The notes under the pieces: generated by a model
The model's input: only the letters and a program-made list of their open reading frames with translations
Database searches by the model: none
Told to the model about the DNA's origin: nothing
Assembly: GCF_000025945.1 (NCBI RefSeq)
Contig: NC_006138.1
Coordinates: 2,880,001-2,912,000 of the forward strand
Source of the DNA: Desulfotalea psychrophila LSv54
GTDB taxonomy: Bacteria; Desulfobacterota; Desulfobulbia; Desulfobulbales; Desulfocapsaceae
DNA: 32,000 nt
Direction of reading: 5' to 3'
In this document: positions 9,115 to 18,944 of the stretch, piece by piece
Numbering within the stretch: position 1 is the stretch's first letter
How the letters are laid out: each line of letters begins with the position of its first letter
Position numbers and translations under genes: made by a program

Positions 9115-9191
9115 TGGCGGAGCGGACGGGGTTCGAACCCGCGACCTCCGGCGTGACAGGCCGGCATTCTAACCAACTGAACTACCACTCC
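9115..9191 (-). tRNA. tRNA-Asp(GTC), copy 5
   Basis: Identical to Asp copy 1. Confidence 0.97.
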
Positions 9192-9246
9192 AACTACCTT
9201 TACTGCTTATTTCCCAGCCACCAATGATCGCATAGAAAATATCAAA

Positions 9247-9322
9247 TGGTGGGCGACACAGGGCTTGAACCTGTGACCCTCGGCTTGTAAGGCCGATGCT
9301 CTCCCAGCTGAGCTAGTCGCCC
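9247..9322 (-). tRNA. tRNA-Val(TAC), copy 5
   Basis: Identical to Val copy 1. Confidence 0.97.
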
Positions 9323-9340
9323 GAAACTACTAAAAAAGAA

Positions 9341-9417
9341 TGGCGGAGCGGACGGGGTTCGAACCCGCGACCTCCGGCGTGACAGGCCGGCATTCTAACC
9401 AACTGAACTACCACTCC
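9341..9417 (-). tRNA. tRNA-Asp(GTC), copy 6
   Basis: Identical to Asp copy 1. Confidence 0.97.
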
Positions 9418-9476
9418 AGCATTTTTCCTACTCACCATCCGCCTAAACAAACTGCTCAGAAAAATGGTTTGAATCT

Positions 9477-9552
9477 TGGTGGGCGACACAGGGCTTGAAC
9501 CTGTGACCCTCGGCTTGTAAGGCCGATGCTCTCCCAGCTGAGCTAGTCGCCC
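9477..9552 (-). tRNA. tRNA-Val(TAC), copy 6 (promoter-proximal)
   Basis: Identical to Val copy 1; different downstream spacer. Confidence 0.97.
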
Positions 9553-9569
9553 CCTCGTAAGGTGAGGAG

Positions 9570-9598
9570 TATTTACCAATTTCCCTCTTTCCCGTCAA
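9570..9598 (-). promoter_or_regulatory. Candidate sigma-70 promoter of the tRNA array
   Basis: Minus strand TTGACG (9598-9593), 17-nt spacer, TAAATA (9575-9570), just upstream of the first tRNA-Val. Confidence 0.65.
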
Positions 9599-9661
9599 GA
9601 GAAATTGTTCATTCTTTTTCAATTTACCGTCTCTTTTTTTCCTTTTCCGCAGAACTACGCC

Positions 9662-11986
9662 CTATTTATTTTTCCCTTTGGAAAGAAGTGCTTGCTCCAA
9701 TACCTGATCCATATGAGAAACGAGTTTAATATCGAGAGCATTTTTAATTTTTGCCGGGACATCTTTTAGATCACGACCATTCTCTTCGGGCAGTAAGACC
9801 TTGGTTATATTTCCACGCTTGGCGGCGAGCAACTTCTCGGTCAGGCCACCAATGGGTAACACTCGACCACGGAGCGTTATTTCACCGGTCATGGCAAGCT
9901 CGTGCCGTATTGGACGTCCAGTAAGGGCTGAGGCCAGGGTCGTTGCTATGGTAATACCAGCCGAAGGCCCATCTTTTGGAATAGCACCCTCCGGAACATG
10001 GACATGGATATCAACCTTTTCATAAAAATCAGGTTCAAGCTTAAGCTCTTTCGCTCGGCTACGAATATAACTATAGGCTGCCTGTGCTGATTCCTGCATG
10101 ACATCACCAAGTTGCCCGGTAAGAGTCAACTTCCCCTTCCCCGGCATCAGAATGACCTCTATCTGCAACAGAACACCACCCACCTGAGTCCAGGCAAGGC
10201 CTGTTGCCAAACCCACCTCATCACGTTCTTCGGCAAGACCATAACGATACTTGGGGGTACCGAGATATGTGGGTACCGACTTTTCACCAATTCGATATTT
10301 TTTACTCTTCTTGCCCTTCTGCAGGCGATCCCTGGCCACCTTTCGACAAAGAGAGGCCAATACTCGTTCAAGCCCCCTCACCCCTGCCTCACGGGTATAA
10401 TGACGAACAACGGTGAGCATAGCGCCCGGGCTCAAAAAGATATCATCCTTTTGAAAGCCATTGGCCTTAAGCTGTTTGGGCAACAGATATTTCTCTGCAA
10501 TAACCTGCTTATCCTCCTCAGTATAACCACTGAGTTGAATAATCTCCATCCGATCCTGCAGGGGAATGGGAATTCCCTCCAGACTGTTGGCTGTGGTGAT
10601 AAAAAACACCTGAGAGAGGTCATAGTCGAGGTCAAGGTAATGATCATTAAAGGACGAATTTTGTTCTGGGTCCAATACCTCAAGCAGGGCAGCGGCAGGG
10701 TCACCACGAAAATCCGTCGACATTTTATCGATCTCATCGAGGCAAAAAACGGGATTTGCCACCCCAACCTTTTGCATGGCCCGCAGTACCTTTCCAGCCA
10801 TGGCACCAACATAGGTACGACGATGCCCTCGGATCTCAGCCTCATCCCGCAGCCCTCCCAATGAGAGTCGAGCAAATTCCCGGCCCATCGACTTGGCAAT
10901 TGACTGACAAATGGAAGTTTTTCCTACGCCTGGAGGGCCCACAAAACAGAGGATTGGCCCCTTGAGCTTAGCCACCTGCGACTGCACAGCCAGAAACTCC
11001 AGAATCCGTTCTTTGGGCTTTTCCAGACCATAATGATCCTTATTAAGAATCCCCTCGGCCTTAAGAACATTAAGCTGGCCCTTACTTCTTTTTTTCCAGG
11101 GAAGTCCGAGAATGGTATCGATATAGCTACGCACCACGGTTGTTTCCGCTGACATCGCAGGCATTCCACGCAACTTTTTCAGCTCTTTCTGGACCCTTGC
11201 CCGCGCATATGCCGGCATTTTTTTGGCCTTGATAATATTTTCAAGCTCTGTCATCTCATCAACGCCATCTTCGCCCTGACCTATCTCTTTTTGCATCTCA
11301 CGAATTTTTTCGCCAAGATAGTAATCACGCTGGGCCCTACTGAGCTTCTGCTTTACCTTTATATTAATTTTCCGCTCTACTTCAGCAAGCTGTAATTCTC
11401 GAAATAAAATTTCCAGTAACAGCTCTATACGCCCGCCAAGAGTCTCTACCTCCAAGACCTCCTGCTTTTCTTTACTGGAAAGTGGCAGATGCGAACAGAT
11501 AACGTTGGCAAGCTTAACCGGGTCTTCAATGGAAGAGCAAGAGACAACCACCTCCTCTCCTATCTTTTTACCCAGATGAGCAAACTGCTGAAAGGCCTTG
11601 CGCAACTCACGCTCATAGGCGATCAACTCATCTTGTCCCGGCAGGACTTCGGTGCACTCCTCTACCTCCACCTGCATAAATTCCTCATGAGGCACACGAG
11701 AAACAATACGGGCACGACGTTGCCCCTCCACCAGGGCCTTAATGGTTCCATCGGGCAGACGAAGTAACTGCATTACTGTAGAAAGAGTCCCACATTGATA
11801 TATTTCACCTTCATTGGGGTCTTCACATGTTGGCTCAAGTTGGGTTACGAGAAAAATTTCCGTTTTTTTCTCCATCGCATCTTCCAAGGCACGGATAGAT
11901 TTCTCACGCCCCACCACCAGGGGGGCAACCATATGAGGAAAAATCACAATATCTCGAAGTGGCATAAGCGGGTAAATCTTTGTCAC
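9662..11986 (-). CDS. lon: ATP-dependent Lon protease
   Basis: Walker [10 protein letters not shown] and Ser-Lys catalytic region [28 protein letters not shown]. Confidence 0.97.
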   Translation of the reverse strand: MTKIYPLMPLRDIVIFPHMVAPLVVGREKSIRALEDAMEKKTEIFLVTQLEPTCEDPNEGEIYQCGTLSTVMQLLRLPDGTIKALVEGQRRARIVSRVPHEEFMQVEVEECTEVLPGQDELIAYERELRKAFQQFAHLGKKIGEEVVVSCSSIEDPVKLANVICSHLPLSSKEKQEVLEVETLGGRIELLLEILFRELQLAEVERKINIKVKQKLSRAQRDYYLGEKIREMQKEIGQGEDGVDEMTELENIIKAKKMPAYARARVQKELKKLRGMPAMSAETTVVRSYIDTILGLPWKKRSKGQLNVLKAEGILNKDHYGLEKPKERILEFLAVQSQVAKLKGPILCFVGPPGVGKTSICQSIAKSMGREFARLSLGGLRDEAEIRGHRRTYVGAMAGKVLRAMQKVGVANPVFCLDEIDKMSTDFRGDPAAALLEVLDPEQNSSFNDHYLDLDYDLSQVFFITTANSLEGIPIPLQDRMEIIQLSGYTEEDKQVIAEKYLLPKQLKANGFQKDDIFLSPGAMLTVVRHYTREAGVRGLERVLASLCRKVARDRLQKGKKSKKYRIGEKSVPTYLGTPKYRYGLAEERDEVGLATGLAWTQVGGVLLQIEVILMPGKGKLTLTGQLGDVMQESAQAAYSYIRSRAKELKLEPDFYEKVDIHVHVPEGAIPKDGPSAGITIATTLASALTGRPIRHELAMTGEITLRGRVLPIGGLTEKLLAAKRGNITKVLLPEENGRDLKDVPAKIKNALDIKLVSHMDQVLEQALLSKGKNK

Positions 11987-12137
11987 AGGATCTCCTTATG
12001 TATAAAAAGCAAACTCTAATATTTTGTCATTACTCTTAATTTTATTATAGAAAAAGCATTCCTTTGACTATACAGAAAAGAATGAACTAACACAAAATCA
12101 ATTTCACATCAGGCACAATAAGACAAATAGCACATGC

Positions 12138-12177
12138 AAAAAAAAACCTCTTTGTCAAAAAATGACAAAGAGGTTTT
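12138..12177 (-). terminator. Rho-independent terminator downstream of clpX
   Basis: Minus strand AAAACCTCTTTGTCA TTTTT TGACAAAGAGGTTTTTTTTT. Confidence 0.92.
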
Positions 12178-12225
12178 CACCAACCACCAGACAGGGGTTG
12201 AAAAGACAACAGACGAACAAAATAT

Positions 12226-13485
12226 TTATGTAAGGCTCTTCTCTTCTTCCCCATAAAGAAGCACAGGATACTCCCCATCGGTAATAACCTGCTCGTTGAC
12301 AATACATTCCTGAACGTTCGAAAGTGATGGAATATCATACATAATATCCAACATTGCCTCTTCCAGAACAGAACGTAAGCCACGGGCCCCGGATTTACGG
12401 GCAATAGCCTTCTTAGCAACTGCCGCCAGAGAACCCTCGGTAAAGGTCAGCTTCACCCCTTCAAACTGAAACAGCTTTTCAAATTGACGGGTCAATGCAT
12501 TCTTTGGCTCGCGTAGAATGCGAACAAGGTCGTCCTCACTGAGTTCACGCAGGGAGGCAATAACCGGTAAACGACCAACCAACTCAGGAATAAGTCCAAA
12601 TTTGAGTAAATCTTCCGGACGAACAGCCTCAAGCAACTCACTCTCGGATCGTTTGTCTGCACTCAGATCAGCACTGAAGCCGATGGATTTCTTCCCTGCC
12701 CGCCTCTTCACCACCCGACCAAGGCCCACAAAGGCCCCGCCACAGATAAAAAGAATATTGGTGGTATCAATCTTCACAAGTTCCTGCTGCGGATGTTTAC
12801 GGCCACCCTTTGGCGGAACAGAGGCGACTGTACCCTCAATAATTTTCAGCAGGGCCTGCTGAACACCTTCACCGGAAACATCCCTGGTAAGAGAGGCACT
12901 GTCAGACTTTCTGGCAATTTTATCAATTTCATCAATATAGATAATGCCTCGCTGGGCCTTTTCGACATCGTAATCGGCAGCCTGGAGAAGACTGACTAAA
13001 ATATTCTCAACATCATCACCTACATAACCTGCCTCGGTAAGGGTCGTTGCATCGGCCACCGAAAAGGGCACATTGAGAATTTTTGCCAGAGTCTGAGCCA
13101 CCAGGGTCTTACCCGAGCCGGTGGGTCCCAACAGGATGATATTAGATTTTTGCAACTCAACAGAATCATCCAGCAACTCAACAGGAGCATCAATACGTTT
13201 GTAGTGATTATGAACGGCAACGGCAAGGACCTTCTTGGCATAGGCCTGACCAATAACATAATCATCAAGATGAGCCTTCACGTCCTTAGGAACAAGACCC
13301 GGCAAAACCTCCTGGCCATCATCTTTGCTACCCACAATATCTTCCTGAACAATTTCATTGCACAGTTCAATACATTCATTACAGATAAAGACATCGGGAC
13401 CTGCAATCAGCTTATCAACCTCTTCCTGCGATCTTCCGCAAAAAGAACAGCTGTTTTCCATATCATTTTTTCCTATCTCATCCAT
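12226..13485 (-). CDS. clpX: ATP-dependent Clp protease ATP-binding subunit ClpX
   Basis: N-terminal zinc-binding CSFCGR...CNECIELC, Walker A GPTGSGKT. The start may instead be the internal ATG at 13461 ([11 protein letters not shown]). Confidence 0.97.
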   Translation of the reverse strand: MDEIGKNDMENSCSFCGRSQEEVDKLIAGPDVFICNECIELCNEIVQEDIVGSKDDGQEVLPGLVPKDVKAHLDDYVIGQAYAKKVLAVAVHNHYKRIDAPVELLDDSVELQKSNIILLGPTGSGKTLVAQTLAKILNVPFSVADATTLTEAGYVGDDVENILVSLLQAADYDVEKAQRGIIYIDEIDKIARKSDSASLTRDVSGEGVQQALLKIIEGTVASVPPKGGRKHPQQELVKIDTTNILFICGGAFVGLGRVVKRRAGKKSIGFSADLSADKRSESELLEAVRPEDLLKFGLIPELVGRLPVIASLRELSEDDLVRILREPKNALTRQFEKLFQFEGVKLTFTEGSLAAVAKKAIARKSGARGLRSVLEEAMLDIMYDIPSLSNVQECIVNEQVITDGEYPVLLYGEEEKSLT

Positions 13486-14119
13486 TATCAGCCGCCCCTT
13501 CGACGTCCTCTCTTTTTACAAGAACCTCATCAATAAGGCCATATTTCTGCGCCTCCACTGAACTCATAAAGTTATCACGTTCAGTATCGGACTCAATTTT
13601 TTTCAAAGTTTTACCGGTATGATGGGCAAGAATATTGTTCAGATCCTTACGAATACGCAGTATCTCTTTGGTATGAATCTCTATATCCGTTGCCTGCCCC
13701 TGAAAGCCGCCCAGTGGCTGATGAATCATTATACGAGAATTTGGAAGAGCGTAACGTTTTCCCGCAGTTCCGGCAGCAAGAAGCACCGCTCCCATGGACG
13801 CAGCCTGCCCCATACACAGGGTTGCAATATCACATTTAATATATTGCATGGTGTCGTAAATGGCCATGCCTGCGGTAACAGATCCACCCGGAGAGTTAAT
13901 ATAAAAGGTGATATCTTTTTCTGGATCTTCTGCTTCTAAAAAGAGTAATTGGGCTACAATGACATTGGCAACATCGTCATTCACCCCGGAACCAAGAAAA
14001 ATAATCCTCTCTTTTAAGAGACGGGAGTAGATATCATAAGATCTCTCTCCACGAGGGGTTTGCTCGACAACCATTGGTATCAAATTCATAATAACACTCC
14101 TAAAACAGGTCGACTGCAA
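13478..14119 (-). CDS. clpP: ATP-dependent Clp protease proteolytic subunit
   Basis: [14 protein letters not shown] and [11 protein letters not shown] catalytic motifs. Confidence 0.97.
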   Translation of the reverse strand: MQSTCFRSVIMNLIPMVVEQTPRGERSYDIYSRLLKERIIFLGSGVNDDVANVIVAQLLFLEAEDPEKDITFYINSPGGSVTAGMAIYDTMQYIKCDIATLCMGQAASMGAVLLAAGTAGKRYALPNSRIMIHQPLGGFQGQATDIEIHTKEILRIRKDLNNILAHHTGKTLKKIESDTERDNFMSSVEAQKYGLIDEVLVKREDVEGAADNG

Positions 14120-14208
14120 GCAGCATTATATACCGGTTGCAGTCGAAAGTAGAATGCGGATCTCTCAGAGGACATCCGCAAAAGAGAACAGGGGAAAAAT
14201 GCTCGCTA

Positions 14209-15549
14209 CTACTCGCTCGCACCCTCTTTCTGTACGTCAGTGGCTTCTACCGCTTTCTCTTCAACCATTACTGCTTCACTGCGCAAGAAAGCAAGAATCT
14301 TCTCGTTGAGCAACTCATTCATGAATGGGAGGAGATCATCACGGCTTTGGAAGAACTCTTTAACCTGAGCAACAGTCATATTGTACATATCGCCAATACG
14401 CTTGAAGCCTCGGTCCATATCTTCGTCAGCAACCTTAATGTCTTCTACCTCTGCAATTTTCTTCAAAAGAAAATCGCCACGGACACGTTGAGCTGCAACC
14501 TCAACATTTTCCTCGACAAGTTTTTCCTTAGAAAGGCCAGCTGCCTCAAGGGTCAAACCGCTTTGCTGAAGCTGTTGCTCGGTCTGCTTGATCATTTGCT
14601 CACTTTCGTGTGCTACCAAACGAGTTGGTACTTCAAATTCGTAACCTTCAAGAAGTTTTTGCATAAGGCGATCGCTGATAACACCCTCAGCGCTCTCTTC
14701 AAGTTTCTTGATACGACGGGCACGAATAGATGCCTTAAGCTCATCCATGCTGTTGAACTCTTCGCCTGCATCTTTTGCAAATTCATCATCAAGGTCGGCA
14801 AGAATGCGTTCTTTAACATCCTTTACGCTCAATTTAAAATCAATGGTCTTACCCTTGATGATAACATTTGGATGGTTCTCAGGGAAGGTGATCTGGTGAT
14901 CGGCAACTTCGCCCTTAGACATACCAACAAGCTTTGCCTCGAAATCTTTACCCATGCTACCAGCGCCAAGATCAACCTGATGATCGTCACTCTTTACCTG
15001 AGCAAGAGCCTCACCATTCTCGAATCCTTGGAAGTCAACGGTAACCATATCGCCATCTACTGCCGGACGGTCAACAACATGAAGAGCAGCTGCCTTCTTT
15101 TGCATTTCAGCAATTTCTGCATCAATATCTTCGTCTGCTACAGCTACAGCCGGCTTTTCAATTTCAAGTCCCTTGTAGTTGCCAAGCTCAAAGTCTGGAC
15201 GAACATCAACATGGGCTTCGAAGGTAAAAGAACCGTCTTCGTTGTATTTAACTACCTGAATTTCAGGATGTGTTACAGGATCAAGACCCTCTTTTTCAAC
15301 AGCATTAAAGTAGTTCTCTTGTACCAGTTTCTCGCTAAGCTCTGCCTCTACCTGATCCTTGTAGTTTTTTACAATGATAGCGCTAGGCACCTTGCCACGA
15401 CGAAAACCTTTAATTTTTACTTCTTTTTTCAGCTTATTGTAAGCTGCTTCAATCTTAGGCTGTACGTCCCCTGCGGGTAGAGTTACAATAACCTTCCGAG
15501 TAAGCTTACTTACTTCTTCTACTTTTATGTCCATCAAATCCATCCTCAT
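14209..15549 (-). CDS. tig: Trigger factor
   Basis: IKGFRRGKVPSAII ribosome-binding signature, FKBP-like domain (VDGDMVTVDFQGFENG), position upstream of clpP. Confidence 0.95.
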   Translation of the reverse strand: MRMDLMDIKVEEVSKLTRKVIVTLPAGDVQPKIEAAYNKLKKEVKIKGFRRGKVPSAIIVKNYKDQVEAELSEKLVQENYFNAVEKEGLDPVTHPEIQVVKYNEDGSFTFEAHVDVRPDFELGNYKGLEIEKPAVAVADEDIDAEIAEMQKKAAALHVVDRPAVDGDMVTVDFQGFENGEALAQVKSDDHQVDLGAGSMGKDFEAKLVGMSKGEVADHQITFPENHPNVIIKGKTIDFKLSVKDVKERILADLDDEFAKDAGEEFNSMDELKASIRARRIKKLEESAEGVISDRLMQKLLEGYEFEVPTRLVAHESEQMIKQTEQQLQQSGLTLEAAGLSKEKLVEENVEVAAQRVRGDFLLKKIAEVEDIKVADEDMDRGFKRIGDMYNMTVAQVKEFFQSRDDLLPFMNELLNEKILAFLRSEAVMVEEKAVEATDVQKEGASE

Positions 15550-15891
15550 TCGAATTAATTATCTATTATATCCATCGCAATGCCAACAATAATTCAAGAA
15601 AAACCATTATGTTACGATGAAAAGTATTATATTATCAACAGAAAATGCCTTGGGCACAATTCCTGTATCAAAACATGCTCTACTCCAGACAACATGGCAC
15701 TATAACCAATAATAATCGGGAGTCAATTTAAAATTACCGGACTTGTCACTAATTTACGGCCTATAATTCTTTTTATAAAAACCGATCCTATAGCAGATAG
15801 GCTCCGAGGCAATGTCGCCACCCAAAAAGCTCTTCCCTGAACCTTTAATAGAGCTCATCATGCGGCAAGGCCCAAAGGACTTTACCTGCAA

Positions 15892-17274
15892 TTACAAACC
15901 AAGAAAAAGTTTTGCAATAAAGAAATAAGAGACAACACCCAGTAAATCGATTGAGGTGGTAACAAATGGGCCAGTTGCAACGGCGGCATCAACATCAAAT
16001 CGCTTTAATATCAATGGAATCAGCGTACCAAGCGTAGCCGCCATCACCATAGAAATAAAAACCGACAGGCCCACCACTACTCCGAGAAGGGCCGTATCCG
16101 AGTAACCCAAAAAGGCAACAATGCCAACAAAGACACCGTAGGCCAGACCAAGGATAAGCCCCACCTGCATCTCCCGAAAAACCAGTTTATAGGCCTCACT
16201 CATATTTACTCGACCCGTTGCTATTCCCCGAACCACGATGGTGGATGACTGGGTCGCAATATTTCCACCCATACCAGTAACCACAGGAATAAAGGCGGCC
16301 AGGGCAATAAGATGAGAAAGTTCTTCACTAAAGCCTGCAATAATAAAACTCGAGACAACACCACCAATCCACGAGGCAAAGAGCCATGGTGCCCGGATCA
16401 TTGCATTTTCTTTGGTGGACTTAAGAAGTATATCCCGGTCCTTACCAACACCTGCCATCTGCAAGAAGTCTTCCGTTGCCTCTTCGCGAATAACATCGAT
16501 AATATCATCGACGGTAACAATACCGACAAGATTGTAGTTCGTATCAACCACCGGTACTGCAAGAATATTATACTGCGAAACAACGTGGGCAACCTCTCCC
16601 TGATCTGTGTCGGTATTAACACTGATCACATGAGGATTCATAATATTTTCGAGCAGTTCGTCCGAAGGGTGCATCAGAAGTTCACGCAGGGAAAGAACTC
16701 CTGAGAGATGGGTCTCACCGTGGGTAATATAGAGATAAAAAACCATCTCTTTTTCCTGACTACGCTTTTGAATACTGTTGATCGCATCGCCCACGGTCAA
16801 CTCTTCATCAAGACACATAAAATCCGGGGACATCAAGCCACCGGCACTCTCCGGGTGATACTGCAAAAGCTCTTCTACCTCTTCACGGTCCTTCTTCGCC
16901 ATATGCTCACGGATGGAGCTGGCAAGTTCTTCAGGCAATATCTCAAGCAAATCAACGGCATCATCTGAAGCCATTTTAGAAATAACATTAGCAACATACT
17001 GTGCCTCCAAGCCTGTTACCAATTCCACCACCAGAGTATCATCCAGTTCACTGAGGAATTCACCTACATAGTCTGTATGGACAATAATATCAAAAACGGC
17101 TGTCCGCTCATCTTCTTTTAAATGGCGAAATACCCAGGCCATATCAGCCGGGTGAGTTTTAGAAATAAGTTTCAGCAAGTGCCCACTCGCACCTCTCCGT
17201 TTGAGGCGACGAATCATATCAAGGATAACCTTGCCTTCATTTCCTACTAACTCACGTTTTTTATTTGCATCCAT
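15892..17274 (-). CDS. mgtE: Magnesium transporter MgtE
   Basis: MgtE N-domain, tandem CBS region (MNPHVISVNTDTDQGEVAHVVSQYNILAVPVVD), transmembrane region with PVVTGMGGNIATQSSTIVVRG. Confidence 0.94.
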   Translation of the reverse strand: MDANKKRELVGNEGKVILDMIRRLKRRGASGHLLKLISKTHPADMAWVFRHLKEDERTAVFDIIVHTDYVGEFLSELDDTLVVELVTGLEAQYVANVISKMASDDAVDLLEILPEELASSIREHMAKKDREEVEELLQYHPESAGGLMSPDFMCLDEELTVGDAINSIQKRSQEKEMVFYLYITHGETHLSGVLSLRELLMHPSDELLENIMNPHVISVNTDTDQGEVAHVVSQYNILAVPVVDTNYNLVGIVTVDDIIDVIREEATEDFLQMAGVGKDRDILLKSTKENAMIRAPWLFASWIGGVVSSFIIAGFSEELSHLIALAAFIPVVTGMGGNIATQSSTIVVRGIATGRVNMSEAYKLVFREMQVGLILGLAYGVFVGIVAFLGYSDTALLGVVVGLSVFISMVMAATLGTLIPLILKRFDVDAAVATGPFVTTSIDLLGVVSYFFIAKLFLGL

Positions 17275-17444
17275 AACTTCACCACACGAGATTAATATTT
17301 ATTTTACTTTTTTGTTCCTACAAGTATATTGGGCAAAACCGTTTAAGATACCTCCTATCATGGTAGAAAAGCAAATTCATTTTTATTAACCTCGCATAAA
17401 ATTAATTTTTGTGCTTTACGACAAAACCATAAACACAACGAATC

Positions 17445-18665
17445 ATGCCTGTATCAAATCTCAGCGAAGAACAAATTAAGGAAAAATTCACCAAGGCCTG
17501 CGACTGTCACCAGCAAGGACTTGAGCAAGAAGCCCTTCAACTCTACAACGAGCTTCTTCTCTCTTTCCCTAAGGCCTTTTTACTCAACTATAACATCGGC
17601 CTCCTCTATTATGAAATAAACGATTTCTCTCAAGCCAAAAAACACTACCTTATCGCCCAACAAGAGTACCCAAACAGCCATGATTTACTCTATAACCTTG
17701 GCCTCTGCCAGAAAAAATCAGGTGAGATTGAAGAGGCAAAAAAATCATTCTTGGAAGCACTGCAGTGTGAAGGGGACGATATCGACTGCCTCTACAATCT
17801 GGCAGGTTGTTATCGCGAAACAGAAGAGCTTGAACATGCAAAACTCTGTTATGAAGCAGTTCTGTCCAGGGACAAGAATTACCTTCCAGCCCTGAGCAAC
17901 CTGGCCTACACCTGCCAAAGAATGGGAGACAAAAAAGAGGCTCTTGGTTACTACCAACGGGTTCTCGAAATCGAACCCCAGCATCAGGGCGCCCTGCATA
18001 TGGTCGCCACCATTACAGGGGTGCATTTCAACCATACATCAAGCCAATACGTCGAAGAGTTATTTGATAATTATGCCGAAAGCTTTGATGAATCCCTCAT
18101 TGAAAAACTTCACTACCAGGTACCACAACTGATCAAGAGGGAACTTCTGGAGGTTGTGCCCGAAACAACAAAGTTCAACCATCTCCTTGATATTGGGTGT
18201 GGGACAGGACTTACCGGACTGGTTCTGAAAGATATGGCCAGGGCAATGACGGGGGTTGACCTCTCCCACAAAATGCTTGCAAAGGCCCTTGAAAAAAACA
18301 TCTACCACCATCTTATCCCGGCAGATATAGAAAAATTCGCCAGCCAGACAGATCAAGAGTACGATCTTATTGTGGCAGCAGATGTCTTCTCTTATATTGG
18401 TAATTTGCAAGAGGCCTTTGGCCAAATAGATGAGATGGCAGCACCGGGGGCCCTGCTTGTATTTTCCATGGAAAGGCACGAGAACGAAAACGAAATAGCG
18501 CCCCTACAGCTTGGGACAACGGGCAGATTTACTCATTCCCTGGAATACATCACAACCCTCGCCAGGGAGCATAAAATGACAATCCTCCGACAGACAGAGG
18601 TGACCCTGCGGGAAGAGGCGGCAAGCTCCATTCAGGGATGGTTGTTTGTATTTAAAACAGCCTAG
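17445..18665 (+). CDS. TPR-repeat protein with C-terminal SAM-dependent methyltransferase domain
   Basis: Several TPR units (LYNLGLCQKKSGEIEEAKKSFLEAL, ALSNLAYTCQRMGDKKEALGYYQRVLEIEP), then SAM motif LLDIGCGTGLTG. Confidence 0.88.
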   Translation: MPVSNLSEEQIKEKFTKACDCHQQGLEQEALQLYNELLLSFPKAFLLNYNIGLLYYEINDFSQAKKHYLIAQQEYPNSHDLLYNLGLCQKKSGEIEEAKKSFLEALQCEGDDIDCLYNLAGCYRETEELEHAKLCYEAVLSRDKNYLPALSNLAYTCQRMGDKKEALGYYQRVLEIEPQHQGALHMVATITGVHFNHTSSQYVEELFDNYAESFDESLIEKLHYQVPQLIKRELLEVVPETTKFNHLLDIGCGTGLTGLVLKDMARAMTGVDLSHKMLAKALEKNIYHHLIPADIEKFASQTDQEYDLIVAADVFSYIGNLQEAFGQIDEMAAPGALLVFSMERHENENEIAPLQLGTTGRFTHSLEYITTLAREHKMTILRQTEVTLREEAASSIQGWLFVFKTA

Positions 18666-18670
18666 AACCT

Positions 18671-18708
18671 CCGGCTGGTAGCAGGGGTTTCGAACCGCTG
18701 CCAGCCGG
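18671..18708. repeat. Strong inverted repeat between convergent genes
   Basis: CCGGCTGGTAGC ... GCTGCCAGCCGG, 12 pairs with one G-T, with nested GGTT-TCG-AACC. No T tract. Confidence 0.8.
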
Positions 18709-18713
18709 AAACA

Positions 18714-18920
18714 CTAGACGAAAAGGCCTGATCTCTGCACAAAGAAGCAGAGCAAGAAGCCCAAAACCATGGCCACAGCCCCCATAGTACGCAGATGCCG
18801 AGGCTCCATCTCACTGAGCTTCACCAACCACTCCTGCATGGCAACCGGGGAAGCAACATAGGGAAGTCCTTCCAAAATAAGCACCATGCCAATCAGTAAC
18901 AATAAGAGCTTCATACCCAC
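18714..18920 (-). CDS. Small membrane protein, DUF2065 family
   Basis: 68 aa, two hydrophobic segments, MKLLLLLIGMVLILEGLPYVASP and LRTMGAVAMVLGFLLCF. Confidence 0.75.
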   Translation of the reverse strand: MGMKLLLLLIGMVLILEGLPYVASPVAMQEWLVKLSEMEPRHLRTMGAVAMVLGFLLCFFVQRSGLFV

Positions 18921-18944
18921 CTTAATGTGTTAAACGGCAACAGA

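Noticed and set aside
8207-9552. CRISPR-like regular repeats
   Set aside because: The regular period comes from whole tRNA genes and near-identical spacers, not short repeats with unique spacers; no cas genes.
9313-9579. 88-aa plus-strand ORF (RLAQLGEHRPYKPRVTGSSPVSPT...VVVQLVRMPACHAGGRGFEPRPLRHS)
   Set aside because: It is antisense read-through of Val and Asp tRNA genes, a classic false protein prediction.
12001-12137. Heat-shock or sigma-70 promoter for lon on the minus strand
   Set aside because: A TATAAT box is visible, but I could not find a convincing -35 element or sigma-32 motif at proper spacing.
14137-15480. 447-aa plus-strand ORF opposite tig
   Set aside because: Complete antisense shadow of an unambiguous trigger factor gene; sequence shows no recognisable domain.
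15790-15880. M-box/ykoK magnesium riboswitch for mgtE
   Set aside because: Only short similarity, located downstream of mgtE and on the opposite strand; kept only as a low-interest structured or small-ORF candidate.
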